DNA of 63,036 nt, filler included, from Octopus bimaculoides (taxonomy: Eukaryota), in the NCBI RefSeq assembly GCF_001194135.2. It is 6 parts of 4 records of this genome, joined end to end, with 100 filler letters (N's around TTAATTAATTAA, not from the genome) between each part and the next. Parts side by side here need not be neighbours in the genome. Positions count along the whole stretch, not along the records: positions 59,656 to 63,036 come from NC_068981.1; 5 more parts are not named here. One strand, 5' to 3'. Below the pieces are notes generated by a model. That model had not been told where the DNA came from. It saw only the letters and a program-made list of their open reading frames with translations, and searched no databases. The translations under genes were made by a program, and so were the position numbers. This document shows positions 62,568 through 63,036 of the stretch, one piece after another; the first letter of the stretch is position 1; each line of letters opens with the position of its first letter.

Positions 62568-63000
62568 ATGTGTGGTAAGTAGCTTACTTCCCAACCACAC
62601 ATTCCTGGGTTCAGTACCCCTGCATACCACCTTGGGCAAGTGTCTTCTGCTATAGCCTCGGTCCACTCAAAACCTTGTGAGTAGATTTCGTGGACGGAAA
62701 CTTAAATAACCCCGTCGTATATACATGTATGTATGTATGTATGTATGTATGTATGTATGTATGTATGTATGTATGTATGTATGTATGTGTGTATGCATGC
62801 ATGTATGTATGTATGTATGTATCGCTTGACAACCGATGCTACTGTGCTTATGTCCCCGTAACTTACCGATTTGGCAAAAGAGTTCGAAAGAATAACTACT
62901 AGGCTTACATAGAATAAACCCTGGGGTCGATTTCTTCGACTAAAACCTTTTAAGGCAGTGCTCCAGCATGGCCGCAGTCAAATGACTGAAACAAATAAAT
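62568..63000 (+). mobile_element. tRNA-derived SINE, family B, with internal (TATG)n
   Basis: Head GTGTGGTAAGTAGCTT...GGGTTCAGTACCC, body CCTTGGGCAAGTGTCTTCT, central microsatellite, and 3' end GTGCTCCAGCATGGCCGCAGTCAAATGACTGAAAC. Confidence 0.85.
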
Positions 63001-63036
63001 GAATGAATATATGTATATATATATATATATATATAT

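Overview
This is AT-rich, microsatellite-dense eukaryotic genomic DNA with many assembly gaps. The SINE families, TTAGGG-type repeat and gap style suggest a cephalopod (octopus-like) draft assembly, which is an inference. Nearly all of the supplied ORF track is microsatellite or N-run noise. The main finding is a spliced minus-strand calmodulin-like gene missed by the ORF track: four coding exons at 41808-41665, 40561-40386, 38130-38067 and 38007-37976 encode four EF-hands, about 50% identical to calmodulin by hand alignment, and the first exon(s) are not securely found. Also present are one strong orphan plus-strand exon (47880-48076), a probable decayed Toll-like receptor pseudogene (~60.2-62.0 kb) and a layered transposon landscape. 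That landscape includes mariner, Tc1 and Tigger remnants, a Tc2/pogo-type MITE, a GG-ended TIR element nested in a Penelope element, R4/Dong-like RLE retrotransposons stacked in (TAA)n arrays, and a second RLE family tied to (CATA)n arrays. It also includes an RTE fragment, at least four SINE-like families, a candidate hammerhead ribozyme, and a Helitron-like element carrying an interstitial telomere-like array next to a small ORF. There is no prokaryotic operon, CRISPR array or rRNA/tRNA gene.
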